Source: Candidatus Tumulicola sp. (GTDB lineage: Bacteria; Vulcanimicrobiota; Vulcanimicrobiia; Eremiobacterales; Eremiobacteraceae). From it: a stretch of DNA of 64,000 bases. Made by a program: the position numbers and the translations under genes. The stretch spans positions 133,890 to 197,889 of the forward strand of contig DATNNM010000018.1 of NCBI GenBank assembly GCA_035601835.1, given 5' to 3'. Under the pieces are notes generated by a model. It saw only the letters and a program-made list of their open reading frames with translations, made no database searches and was not told the origin of the DNA. Numbering within the stretch: position 1 is the stretch's first letter; every line of letters begins with the position of its first letter. Positions 8,896-18,231 of this stretch are shown here, one piece after another.

Positions 8896-11159
8896 CTTTG
8901 CAGGCTCGTTTGGGCCTGCAGGACGCGGCTGAGTTGGTCGCGGTCGACCGGCCTGCCGAACAAGTAGCCTTGCATGAGATCGCAACGCTCCTGTTCGAGG
9001 AACGTGGCTTGTTCTTCTAGCTCGATGCCCTCGCCGACGACCGCCATGCCGAGGCCGTGCCCCAGTCCGATCACGGCACGCGCGATCATGTTGGATTCCA
9101 TGCGCGTGCCGATGTCCTTGACGAACGAGCGGTCGAGCTTCAAGTGCGACGCGTTGTACTGCGTCAGATACGCGAGCGAGCTGTAGCCCGTGCCGAAATC
9201 GTCGATCGCGACGTTGGCACCCATGGCGCGCAGCTCGTTGACGACTTCGACGGTCTTCTCGGGCTTGCTCATCGCCTCGCTCTCGGTGATCTCAAACGTC
9301 AACTTGGAGAGATTGATGCCTGTCGGGTCGACGATGCGCTTGATCCTCTTGGTGAAATCTTTCTGCACGAACTGACGGCCGGAAAGATTGAGGGCCATGC
9401 CGAGATCCAAATATCCCTCGCTCTCGAACTCGCGAATCGTCGTGCATACCTGATGCAGCACCCACTCGCCGATTGGCTCGATCAGTCCGGTGTCGACTGC
9501 GATGCCGAGGAAGCGGGCCGGCGCCAGCAAGCCATGTCTCGGATGCTGCCAGCGCAAGAGCGCTTCAACGGAGTCGAACTCGCGCGTACCGCTCCGTACG
9601 ATGGGCTGGAACACCAAACGCAGTTCGTCCCTGTCGAGCGCTTGGCGAAGGTCGTGCTCGATCTCCAGATGTTCTAGGGCCTCGGAGTGCATGGATTGCG
9701 CGAAGAAGCGGAATGTGTCGCGGCCAATCTCTTTGGCCTTGTACATCGCCGCGTCGGCATTGCGCAGCATCGTTTCCGCGTCGGTGCCATCGAAGGGGTA
9801 GACGCTGACGCCGATGCTGACCGAGAGTTGGAACTTGCGCTCACCCAGTTCAAAAGGCTGACGGCATGTCTCCATAATGCGTTCAACGGCAGGAGTGATG
9901 TTGTCGACCGAGCCCGCATCCGAGAGGACCACGATGAATTCGTCCCCACCTGATCGCGCGACGGTGTCTTCTTGGCGCACGCTGCTCACCAAGCGGCCCG
10001 CGAGCGTGACGAGCACCTCGTCGCCGGCGCCGTGCCCCATCGTGTCGTTGATGCTCTTGAAATGGTCCACGTCGAGGAAGAGCAGCGCCACGTGGTCACT
10101 GCGCCGGGCCGCAAGAGCGATCGCCTTCTCCAAGCTGCGGCGCAGCAAGAGGCGATTGGGCAGATCGGTCAGAGGATCGTGGACCGCGAGGTAGCCCAGC
10201 CGCTCTTCGGCTCGCCGCTGGTCGGACATGTCGGTGATGGACACCACCACGCCGTTGAGTTTGCCGGAGTGGTCGTAGACCGGCGCGGCTGCGCCCGACA
10301 CGATGACGCGCGGACGCGTCGGCGTCTGGATGATGAACTCCTGATGGGGCGTGGCCTTGCCGGTGGAAAGCGCGCGCGTCAGAATGCCCTCGGTCGGCGG
10401 CATCGGCTCGCCGGTGATCTTGAAGAATTTCCAGGTCGACGGAAGTCCTTTCACGCCGATGGTGCGCTGCAGATCCACGCCGGCGATCGCGGCGGCCGCG
10501 CTGTTGGCTTGCCGAATCGTGCGATCGGCGGTGAAGAACAGCAGCCCTTCGCTTGCGCACTCGAATATACGGCTCAGTTTGTCCTCGCTCAGGTGCAACT
10601 CGCGCCTGGCCCTCAGCACTCCGATCGCCATGCTTAATTGGCCCGCGATCGCGCCGGCGAACAACGCTATGTGTTCTGCCGGGATTGCCTTTGCCGGCAC
10701 GGCCAAGAGCAATCCGACGAGTTGCTCGGCGATCCGCAGGGGCACGACCAACGCCGAGTCCAGCGATGCGGCGCGAAGCACGCTCTGAGCGGGTCCCTTT
10801 CCTTTAGCTCGCAGCGCTTTTGCAATTTTCACACGGCTGATGCTCTGCATCAAGCCCGCGTCGTGGACTGATTTGATCAACGCGGCCTTGTTCGCGAAGC
10901 CGTACTGGGCCAGGAGCTCGGAGTCGCCCTTCTCGTCGCGACTGAAGAGAGCCGCTTTGACGATGCCGCCCGAGCTGAGGCATTCCTCGAATGACTCGCT
11001 TGGTAATGCCGTGACGTCGGGATCCATCAGCCGTGCAGCGCATTGACCAAGCGCCGACAACTCGGCCTCGCGCAGCGACAAACGCTTCAGAAGGTCGGCG
11101 TTGAGGCCGGGGGGTCGCTTGCCGCGCTTGACGACTCGTCGAGCGCCGGGCGCTCTCAT
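8892..11159 (-). CDS. GAF-PAS-GGDEF-EAL c-di-GMP turnover protein
   Basis: GGDEF motif SGGDEFIVV. EAL motifs EALLRW, DDFGTGYSSL, KLDRSFV. Last gene of the coupled signalling operon. Confidence 0.85.
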   Translation of the reverse strand: MRAPGARRVVKRGKRPPGLNADLLKRLSLREAELSALGQCAARLMDPDVTALPSESFEECLSSGGIVKAALFSRDEKGDSELLAQYGFANKAALIKSVHDAGLMQSISRVKIAKALRAKGKGPAQSVLRAASLDSALVVPLRIAEQLVGLLLAVPAKAIPAEHIALFAGAIAGQLSMAIGVLRARRELHLSEDKLSRIFECASEGLLFFTADRTIRQANSAAAAIAGVDLQRTIGVKGLPSTWKFFKITGEPMPPTEGILTRALSTGKATPHQEFIIQTPTRPRVIVSGAAAPVYDHSGKLNGVVVSITDMSDQRRAEERLGYLAVHDPLTDLPNRLLLRRSLEKAIALAARRSDHVALLFLDVDHFKSINDTMGHGAGDEVLVTLAGRLVSSVRQEDTVARSGGDEFIVVLSDAGSVDNITPAVERIMETCRQPFELGERKFQLSVSIGVSVYPFDGTDAETMLRNADAAMYKAKEIGRDTFRFFAQSMHSEALEHLEIEHDLRQALDRDELRLVFQPIVRSGTREFDSVEALLRWQHPRHGLLAPARFLGIAVDTGLIEPIGEWVLHQVCTTIREFESEGYLDLGMALNLSGRQFVQKDFTKRIKRIVDPTGINLSKLTFEITESEAMSKPEKTVEVVNELRAMGANVAIDDFGTGYSSLAYLTQYNASHLKLDRSFVKDIGTRMESNMIARAVIGLGHGLGMAVVGEGIELEEQATFLEQERCDLMQGYLFGRPVDRDQLSRVLQAQTSLQS

Positions 11160-12610
11160 CCCCGTTTCCTCGGCGCTCTTCGCTCTCCAATACGTTCACC
11201 GGCACGACGCTGCCGGATAAGGCCCAGGGCGAGGGCGATGGCTTCGGAGACCAGTTCGATGAAGTGGTCGTAGTACTCGTCCACCGGTTGCATGGGCACC
11301 GTCACCAACGCGCCTGCCAGCGAGCCTTCGAGCAGCAACGGCGTCACCGTCATGCGCGCGCAGCCGGCGCCGCGCATCACCGCGGCGTCCGCGCCCTTAG
11401 CTCCCTCGGCCTTCAGCGTCGTCGGGCCGCTGCGGCGTGCGAGCTTCGACAGAAGATCCGGGTGGTTGAAGAACGTCGCGAGACCGGCGCGTTTTCCGAT
11501 CGGACCGAAGCGCGTGGTCAGCTCAAAAGAGTCGCCGCGAGAGAGCGCAAAAATGGCGCCTGATTCGATGCGTGCCGCGGTCATGCAGTCGGCCGCCAGG
11601 GCATCGGGAATCGCTTTTGCCTTGGTCGTCGTGACGAGCTTGGCGGCGCCCGCCAAAAACGCGAATCGGATCTCTTGAACGGCAAGGCGGCGTATGAGGC
11701 GGGCGTTCAACTCGGCTTGCAACTCGGCTTGGCGCAGCTTCCTCGCCGAAAAATCGCTCAGCTCGATCGGTTTGTCTGGAGCGCGCGCCCTGGATCCAGG
11801 CGACGTGATCGCACGAGCGACGGCGTTCACCAATCCTTGAGACTGCGTAGAGCGGACCACGAGCTCGCTTGCCCCTGCCCTCTTTGCGAGGTCTTGGTCC
11901 TCCGGGTCACCGATGACGGCGGAGTACAACAGCACGGGGATGTGCGAGAGTTTGGGATCGCGGAGCACGGCCTCGCACAAACCGAGCCCGTCAAGCCCGG
12001 GCATGAAGACATCCGAGACGACGGCTTGCGAAGGTTTCTCGCGCAAAGATTTGAGAGCCTCGAGTCCGTTGGCCGCCCCGCGGGTCGCAAACCCGGCGGC
12101 CTCGAGGCTGAAGCGCGTGAGCTTCAACTGGAGCGGGTTGTCGTCCACCACGAGGATGGTCTTCGCGCCGGCCACCACCCCGGCGAAGCCAAAGGAATGG
12201 GGTAGGTAGGTGCGCACGACCTCGATGAGCCGCGCGATTTCGACGGGCTTGGCCAAGAAGTCGACAAAGCCGACCTGCACGGCCTTCGCGAGGTCGAGCG
12301 CCGGCTGCAACCCGGACATCGCCACAACCGGCAGGCGATCGCCGCCAGGAATGGCGCGATAGTCGCGTGCGAGTTGAATAGCGTCCGTGTCCTCGATCAT
12401 GAGATCTTGGATGATGAGGTCCGGCAGGGATAACCGAGCGAGGGCCAGAGCTGTGGCTCCGCTGGATGCTTCCTTGACCAAAAAGCCTTCCTTCTCGAGC
12501 GCGATCCGGCAGAGCTTCCGGACGATAGCGTTCCCCTCGACCAGGAGGATGGTCGACGGCGCTGTTGTCTTCGCTTGCGACGCCACGTTAACTCGCCCCG
12601 GGCCCTTCAA
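11156..12610 (-). CDS. Tandem receiver (REC-REC) protein with C-terminal GAF-like domain
   Basis: Two CheY-like blocks (ILLVEGN...DLIIQDLMIED and ILVVDDN...AVVSDVFMPGLDG). 4-nt overlap with the downstream GGDEF-EAL gene. Confidence 0.75.
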   Translation of the reverse strand: MKGPGRVNVASQAKTTAPSTILLVEGNAIVRKLCRIALEKEGFLVKEASSGATALALARLSLPDLIIQDLMIEDTDAIQLARDYRAIPGGDRLPVVAMSGLQPALDLAKAVQVGFVDFLAKPVEIARLIEVVRTYLPHSFGFAGVVAGAKTILVVDDNPLQLKLTRFSLEAAGFATRGAANGLEALKSLREKPSQAVVSDVFMPGLDGLGLCEAVLRDPKLSHIPVLLYSAVIGDPEDQDLAKRAGASELVVRSTQSQGLVNAVARAITSPGSRARAPDKPIELSDFSARKLRQAELQAELNARLIRRLAVQEIRFAFLAGAAKLVTTTKAKAIPDALAADCMTAARIESGAIFALSRGDSFELTTRFGPIGKRAGLATFFNHPDLLSKLARRSGPTTLKAEGAKGADAAVMRGAGCARMTVTPLLLEGSLAGALVTVPMQPVDEYYDHFIELVSEAIALALGLIRQRRAGERIGERRAPRKRG

Positions 12611-12839
12611 CGGGGCCCAGCGTCGCGATGACCTCGCGCTGCGTCTCTTCGATGGTCGCGAGCAGTTGCCGGCCGCTCTTCAAGATATCGTCCAAAAACT
12701 CGCGTTGCTGATCCGTCAATGGCCCGGCCTTGCCATCGCGCAGCAGCTGGGCGAAACCGATGACGGGACCGAGCGGCGAACGCAAGTCGTGGAACATCTT
12801 GTGCAAGGATGCTCGGAGATCGGCCGTGCTATGACTCAC
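12588..12839 (-). CDS. Stand-alone HisKA/DHp-domain protein (no ATPase domain); candidate histidine phosphotransferase
   Basis: H-box FHDLRSPLGPVIGFAQLL followed by a second helix (REFLDDILKSGRQLLATIEE). A GTG at 12839 preceded by AAGGUGAGG is the preferred start. The ORF-track start at 12959 would overlap the upstream REC gene by 131 nt. Confidence 0.5.
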   Translation of the reverse strand: MSHSTADLRASLHKMFHDLRSPLGPVIGFAQLLRDGKAGPLTDQQREFLDDILKSGRQLLATIEETQREVIATLGPVEGPGAS

Positions 12840-13236
12840 GACCCTCACCTTTAGTGTTGGATCGCAGAGCGGCGGGCAAGTACTCGTCGACCTCCGCGAC
12901 AAAACGCTGCGGAACGATCGGTTTTGAGATGTAGCCGTCGAAGCCGGCGGCGAGCGCATGCTCTCGGTCGCCCACCATGGCGGCCGCGGTCACCGCGATC
13001 AAACGCAGTTTCTGCGTCGCAGGATCCGTTTTCACGCGCCGCGCCATTTCATACCCGTCGATGCCGGGCATGCGGACGTCGGTCAGCACGAGGTCGAACG
13101 ATCCGGCCTTGATCGCAGCGACGCCGGCCAGACCATCCATCACAGAGGTGGTGCTGTGGCCGAACGCCTGGAGCAGATACGTCATAAGATGCAGGTTCGC
13201 CTGATTGTCTTCGACGATCAAAATTCTGGCCGGCAT
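12829..13236 (-). CDS. Single-domain response regulator (CheY-like)
   Basis: ILIVEDNQ, DLVLTDVRMPGIDG and ISKP receiver motifs; 135 aa. Confidence 0.85.
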   Translation of the reverse strand: MPARILIVEDNQANLHLMTYLLQAFGHSTTSVMDGLAGVAAIKAGSFDLVLTDVRMPGIDGYEMARRVKTDPATQKLRLIAVTAAAMVGDREHALAAGFDGYISKPIVPQRFVAEVDEYLPAALRSNTKGEGRES

Positions 13237-14390
13237 CAGCGCTTACCGGTGATCGTCAACACGAACCTCGACCCTTTGCCGAACTCGCTCGTGAAATGTA
13301 TTTGGCCTCCCAGCAGCAAGGCGAGCTTGAGGCTCAGGTACAGCCCCAAACCGACGCCACCGAAACGGCGCGTGCTGGACGGATCGACCTGCTCGAAAAC
13401 TTGGAAGAGCCTCGCTTGGTCTTCCTTCTTGATGCCCACACCGGTGTCCGACACCGAAAGATCGACGAGCAGGCTTCCATTCACGCGTCTTTCTGCCAGC
13501 GCGAGTCCGACCGAGCCCTTCTGGGTGAATTTGATCGCGTTGTTGGTGAGGTTGATCAGTATCTGACGCACGGCTCGCCGGTCGGTGACGATCGGCGTGA
13601 TCACTTCCGGCAAGCGTGCCGAGAGTTGCAGGCCCTTCGCTTCGGCTTGCGAGCGCAGCGAACTGGCAACCTCGGCGATCACATCCCGCAGCACGACCGG
13701 TTGGAGATCGAGTTCCACCTTGCCGGACTCGATCTTGGCGAGGTCGAGAATGTCGCTGATCAACGAGAGCAAGTGCTGCGCGCTCGAATCGATGGTCCGC
13801 AACTGCCGCTCCTGCTCCGCGCTCAATGGGCCGGGTAGCTTCATGAGCAACGTGCCGGTGAAACCGATGATCGCGTTGAGCGGGCTTCGCAATTCGTGGC
13901 TCATCGAAGCCAGGAACGTGTCCTTCGCGAGATTCGCGCGCTCGAGTTCCACGTTCTTCTGCTGGAGCGCGTGCTCGACGCGCTTGCGATCCGTGATATC
14001 GCGAATAGCGGTTGAGACGATGGTGCCGTCCGCGGTTTCAATCGGGCTCAGGCTGACCTCAACGGGGAACTCGCTGCCGTCCTTGCGCACCCCGTACAGC
14101 TCCAAGCCGGTGCCCATCGGCCGAGGGTGGGGATCTCCGAAAAAACCGGTGCGGTGTGCCTGATGCTTATCGTCGAAGCGCTGCGGGACCAGCGTCTCGA
14201 CTTTTTGCCCGAGCAGCTCGTCGCGCCGATATCCGAAGATCCTCTCCGCTTGCGCGTTGACGAGCACGATGAGACCGCCACGGTCGACCATGAGCATCGC
14301 ATCAGGAGCAGAGTCGAGCACGGCGACAACGGATTCGTCGAGGACCTGAGCGCGAAGGGGCGTCACGTTGGTACTAGTCCTGCCCGCCAA
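13236..14390 (-). CDS. Cytoplasmic PAS sensor histidine kinase
   Basis: PAS region, H-box SHELRSPLN, N-box LTNNAIKFT, G-boxes DTGVGI and GGVGLGL. 1-nt overlap with the downstream REC gene. Confidence 0.9.
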   Translation of the reverse strand: MAGRTSTNVTPLRAQVLDESVVAVLDSAPDAMLMVDRGGLIVLVNAQAERIFGYRRDELLGQKVETLVPQRFDDKHQAHRTGFFGDPHPRPMGTGLELYGVRKDGSEFPVEVSLSPIETADGTIVSTAIRDITDRKRVEHALQQKNVELERANLAKDTFLASMSHELRSPLNAIIGFTGTLLMKLPGPLSAEQERQLRTIDSSAQHLLSLISDILDLAKIESGKVELDLQPVVLRDVIAEVASSLRSQAEAKGLQLSARLPEVITPIVTDRRAVRQILINLTNNAIKFTQKGSVGLALAERRVNGSLLVDLSVSDTGVGIKKEDQARLFQVFEQVDPSSTRRFGGVGLGLYLSLKLALLLGGQIHFTSEFGKGSRFVLTITGKR

Positions 14391-14679
14391 GAAACGAGTC
14401 TCAAAGGCATGTCCGACCTATGCCCACCGGTCGCTACTCTTCATTGTAGCACCGAGCCAAGCGCCGGGCCTGATACCTATGTACCAGGCGTCGCCTACTG
14501 CCATTCTCGGCATTTTCAGCCTTTGTTCTTAGCCGCGACCACAGCTCACAGGCCGCCTCGCTTCCAAAAAGGGGTTTCTCAGAATGAAGACGGCCTTAAT
14601 GGTAGCCTATCAAGAAAGGCGCTCGTGGCCATCGGTGAACTCCGCAATGTTAAGCCGCTCGCCGGCCCACGCCCGCGGG

Positions 14680-17424
14680 TCAGAAAGCTGTGGGGAACTC
14701 CCCGGCGGCTATTTTCGTCGCTATCTCGATCCGCGACTTCAGGCCGGTCTTGCTGAGAATAACCGACACGTGCAGCTCGATGGTGCGCCGGCTGACATGC
14801 AGGTCCTTGGCGATGTCGCCATTGGTCTTGCCACGCGCGATGAGGTGGGCGACCGCCGTTTCGCGTGGCGTCAGGAAGTTCTTCGGCGGGGTCTTGCGCC
14901 CGGGCCGTAACCCAAGTGATCGCGCGGCCGCCCGCCCCCGGTCGGCGGCTGAATGCGCTTCCATCGCTTCGAACTCGTTGATCGCGGCGACGATCGTCTG
15001 CCGGCTGATCAAACCGAGGCCGGCTTCCAGTCGAAGGTAGGCTCTCCAATACGGGTGTTGGCGCGCATCCGCAGCGCCCAAGAGTCGGGCGCAGCCCACA
15101 GCAAGATTGCCGTCGAAGCGCTTTTGCCAGGCCTCGGCTTCGGCGAAGAGCGGATCCGCGACGCCCCACCCCCGCGCCTTCACGAGGCGAAGCCGCTCAA
15201 GGGCGGCGAGACCTTCTTCGGGCAATCCGAGCCGGTAACTGGTGCGCACGAGCCCGGCGAGCGCCCGGATCTCATGCGCCTCTAGCTCGTCGCCGCCATG
15301 TCTTCCCTCCAGCGCTTCTTCGTATGAGGCGTGTGCGGCTTCAAAGTTCTCTTGGATCTCGCTGACGCTTCCGGCGGTGTAGGCGATGGCGCGCCGCCAC
15401 GTCGGGGGCGGCTCGAGCGATGCGGCCTCGCGCAGACTCGCTTCCGCGCTCTCGTAGTCGCCTAGGAAGGCGTTGAGAAATGCTTGCGCGCACAGCGAAC
15501 GGCACAGGTACACGACGTTGCCGCGATCCAGCATCTTTGACGCGCTGATGTTCAGTCCCAGCGCTTCGCGAAGGCGCCCGCCATCAGACGAAACGCTGGC
15601 GAGGTTGGATTGAAGCAGGGCAGTGATCGCCCGCGGCACTGGTCCGACGACTTGCAGCCCACGGCGGCACCAGCGTTCGTACGCTTCGGTGTCGCCGACC
15701 AGATCGCACAGGAAGCAAAGCTTGGTGCACGTCTGCGCCACTTCGTTGTCGAGCCGCAGCGCGGCGGCTTGCTCCACGACCTTTTCCAGGATGGCGATGC
15801 CCTCGCGCGGAGTCTTCATACGTCCGACCACCACGCCGAGCCACGCCTGCAAGCGCAGCATTTCTCGAGCCGCAGGAGCCGGGCTGCGCAAGCTTAGGCC
15901 CTCTTTCAAAACCGTGCGCGCGCGCTCCAACTCACCGCGACGTTCTCGGGCGGAACCGAGCGCGCACAGCAGCCTGGGGAGTAAGCCGCTATCGGCGGGG
16001 CGCGCTTCGGCGATGGCGCTTTCAAGCAGTGCGACCGCGGTCGTGTCGTCTTGTGCGTCAAACCAAATCGTTTCCGCGTGGCGTCCGTGGACGAGCGCCT
16101 GCACCTTCGCGGAACGGCCATCGGCTTCGGCGTCGAAAACAGCCATCGCCAGGGCCGCTTCCTCGCGCCGGCCAAGCGCGTAGAGCGCGATCGCCGCGCC
16201 GCCCTGGGCCTCCCACTTCTCAGCTTCACCGGGACTCAAGTCTCGCGCGCACACGAAGGCGTTGAGCGCTTCACGAGGTGCGTCGCGGTCAAGGCATTGC
16301 CAGCCGATGCGAATGTTGAGCGCGGCGGCTTCCGCAAAGCGGGCGGCGCTCTCGAGGTGCCGGGCGCGCACCCGCTCGTCGTCGGATTGAGCCGCGAGCG
16401 CCGAGTGGCGCGCGACGCGCTCCTGTTCGTTCATCATCTCGTAGCGGGCGTCGCGCAAGAGCGTGTGGCGGAAGGCGAGGCCGCCCGGCGAGCGGCGCAC
16501 GACGCGCGCCTCGATCAAGGTCGAAGCATGCGCTTTGATCGTGCCGACGGAGAGCCCGGCGAGTCTGGCGAGCCTTTCAAGGGGCAGCGGCTCGACGTTC
16601 GCCGCCAGCCAACCCGCGACGTTCAGCGCTCCTTCGGAGAGGATTTGGAAGCGCTCTGCGAGCGCTCTGCGAAGGTCGGGCGCGACGTCGCCGCCTTCCA
16701 GCGAGCGGTTATGCAGCACGAGTTCCGCGTAGAGAGGATTGCCGCCGGTGAGCGCGTGCAGGCGCGAAGCCGCGGCTTCATCGAGGCGAGCTTCCGGAGC
16801 TAGATGCGATGCGAGTTCGTAGAGGTGTTCGGGCGCGAGGCCGTCGACGTCGAAGCGCGTGGTAAGCTCCGCCCGCTCGAGGTCATTCGCCGTCTTGTCG
16901 ACGTCGTGATTGCCGAGCCGGCTCGCGGCGTGCCAGTGGATCGGCAGATCTTGGAGACGGTCGACCAGAAAGTGGAGCGCCTCCAAGCTGGCCGCGTCGG
17001 CCCAGTGGAGATCGTCGATCTGAACGACCAGCGGACCGCTTTGCAGCGCGATTTCCAAAACATCGCGGATATAGGCGAGTCGATCGCGCTCGCCGGCCTC
17101 CACGATCGCCCGCAGCATGGCCCGTGAGATGCGGCCACGTCGGCACAACAGCCTCGCGGTTTCGATGAAACATTCCAGCGGCTGGCCTTGACCGCTCGGC
17201 AAACAGGACACGTGATAGACGTCTGCCCCGACAGCTTCTAAGCGAGCCCTCGCCTCCCGCAGCAAACGCGACTTCCCGATCCCGGGCTCCCCGAACAAAA
17301 TGCCGGCGTTGCGCTGGTTTGAACACAAACTTTCCAGCAAAAAGGCGCGCCCAACCAGGGGGACCGCCTGTTGTTGCGGCCCCCGGATATGCTTAAGTTT
17401 GCGGAGTTCACTAATGGCTGCCAT
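14680..17424 (-). CDS. LuxR-family regulator with N-terminal AAA ATPase (LAL/MalT-like), TPR-like middle region
   Basis: Walker A GEPGIGKSRLL near the N-terminus. C-terminal LuxR HTH (LTPRETAVAHLIARGKTNGDIAKDLHVSRRTIELHV). Start set at ATG 17424 (MAAISELRK). Confidence 0.8.
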   Translation of the reverse strand: MAAISELRKLKHIRGPQQQAVPLVGRAFLLESLCSNQRNAGILFGEPGIGKSRLLREARARLEAVGADVYHVSCLPSGQGQPLECFIETARLLCRRGRISRAMLRAIVEAGERDRLAYIRDVLEIALQSGPLVVQIDDLHWADAASLEALHFLVDRLQDLPIHWHAASRLGNHDVDKTANDLERAELTTRFDVDGLAPEHLYELASHLAPEARLDEAAASRLHALTGGNPLYAELVLHNRSLEGGDVAPDLRRALAERFQILSEGALNVAGWLAANVEPLPLERLARLAGLSVGTIKAHASTLIEARVVRRSPGGLAFRHTLLRDARYEMMNEQERVARHSALAAQSDDERVRARHLESAARFAEAAALNIRIGWQCLDRDAPREALNAFVCARDLSPGEAEKWEAQGGAAIALYALGRREEAALAMAVFDAEADGRSAKVQALVHGRHAETIWFDAQDDTTAVALLESAIAEARPADSGLLPRLLCALGSARERRGELERARTVLKEGLSLRSPAPAAREMLRLQAWLGVVVGRMKTPREGIAILEKVVEQAAALRLDNEVAQTCTKLCFLCDLVGDTEAYERWCRRGLQVVGPVPRAITALLQSNLASVSSDGGRLREALGLNISASKMLDRGNVVYLCRSLCAQAFLNAFLGDYESAEASLREAASLEPPPTWRRAIAYTAGSVSEIQENFEAAHASYEEALEGRHGGDELEAHEIRALAGLVRTSYRLGLPEEGLAALERLRLVKARGWGVADPLFAEAEAWQKRFDGNLAVGCARLLGAADARQHPYWRAYLRLEAGLGLISRQTIVAAINEFEAMEAHSAADRGRAAARSLGLRPGRKTPPKNFLTPRETAVAHLIARGKTNGDIAKDLHVSRRTIELHVSVILSKTGLKSRIEIATKIAAGEFPTAF

Positions 17425-17649
17425 CGCAAAATCGCCTATTCTGAGTTCGGGGGAGTCGCAGATTCTCTTCGCACAGTGAGGGTGAAATGAAAAAATTTCG
17501 GAGTTTCGTCGTTTTGATGGCAGTTTGTTCGGCGCTTGGGAGCGCCATTGTGGGTTGCACGGGTGTGGGACCCGCTCTTCCAGTGCAGCCATCCCACGGC
17601 ACAGCGCTGCTTCCGGCTGACGTCGTGCCGCAACTGCCCGGTTCCATTC

Positions 17650-18228
17650 ATGTCAGAAAGCAATAGATCACACACCGAGTCGTTCCGAGTGATCGACGGC
17701 CCCCTGACTTTAACATCGGCAAAGCAAGCGCCGGCGGGTAGGCCATTGGATCGCCTGGATGCGATGCTTCTCGAGATGCTGCAGGCAGACGGCCGCGCGA
17801 CCTTCTCGGAGATGGGCGCGCGGGTCGGCCTCAAGCCCTCTACCGTTCACGAGCGGGTGAAACGGATGGAGGCAGACGGCGTCATCGTGCGCTATGCGGC
17901 GCTGATCGACGCACGCGCGGTCGGCATCGGGTTTGGCGCGTTTCTCACGTGCCATGTCGCCGGCGCCGGCCGCGATTTCTTGAAAACCGTTTCCATCATG
18001 CCCGAAGTATGCGAAGTCCACCGGGTGACCGGCGAAGATTCATTCATGCTGCGGGTCATGGCGAAGTCGGCGGCTCATCTCGACGAGCTGGTGTCGCGCA
18101 TCAAGTTGGCTCCGGAGCTGATCAGGACGAAGACGACCGTCGTACTTGCCACACCGTTTGAACGGCCGGGCTTCTCGATCCCAGAAATAGTGAGCGAACA
18201 CAGGCGAACGTTGCGCAGCGTGGGTTAG
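17650..18228 (+). CDS. Lrp/AsnC-family transcriptional regulator
   Basis: HTH block LDAMLLEMLQADGRATFSEMGARVGLKPSTVHERVKRME followed by an AsnC-type effector domain. The start is uncertain; ATG 17650 was chosen. Confidence 0.7.
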   Translation: MSESNRSHTESFRVIDGPLTLTSAKQAPAGRPLDRLDAMLLEMLQADGRATFSEMGARVGLKPSTVHERVKRMEADGVIVRYAALIDARAVGIGFGAFLTCHVAGAGRDFLKTVSIMPEVCEVHRVTGEDSFMLRVMAKSAAHLDELVSRIKLAPELIRTKTTVVLATPFERPGFSIPEIVSEHRRTLRSVG

Positions 18229-18231
18229 GCT

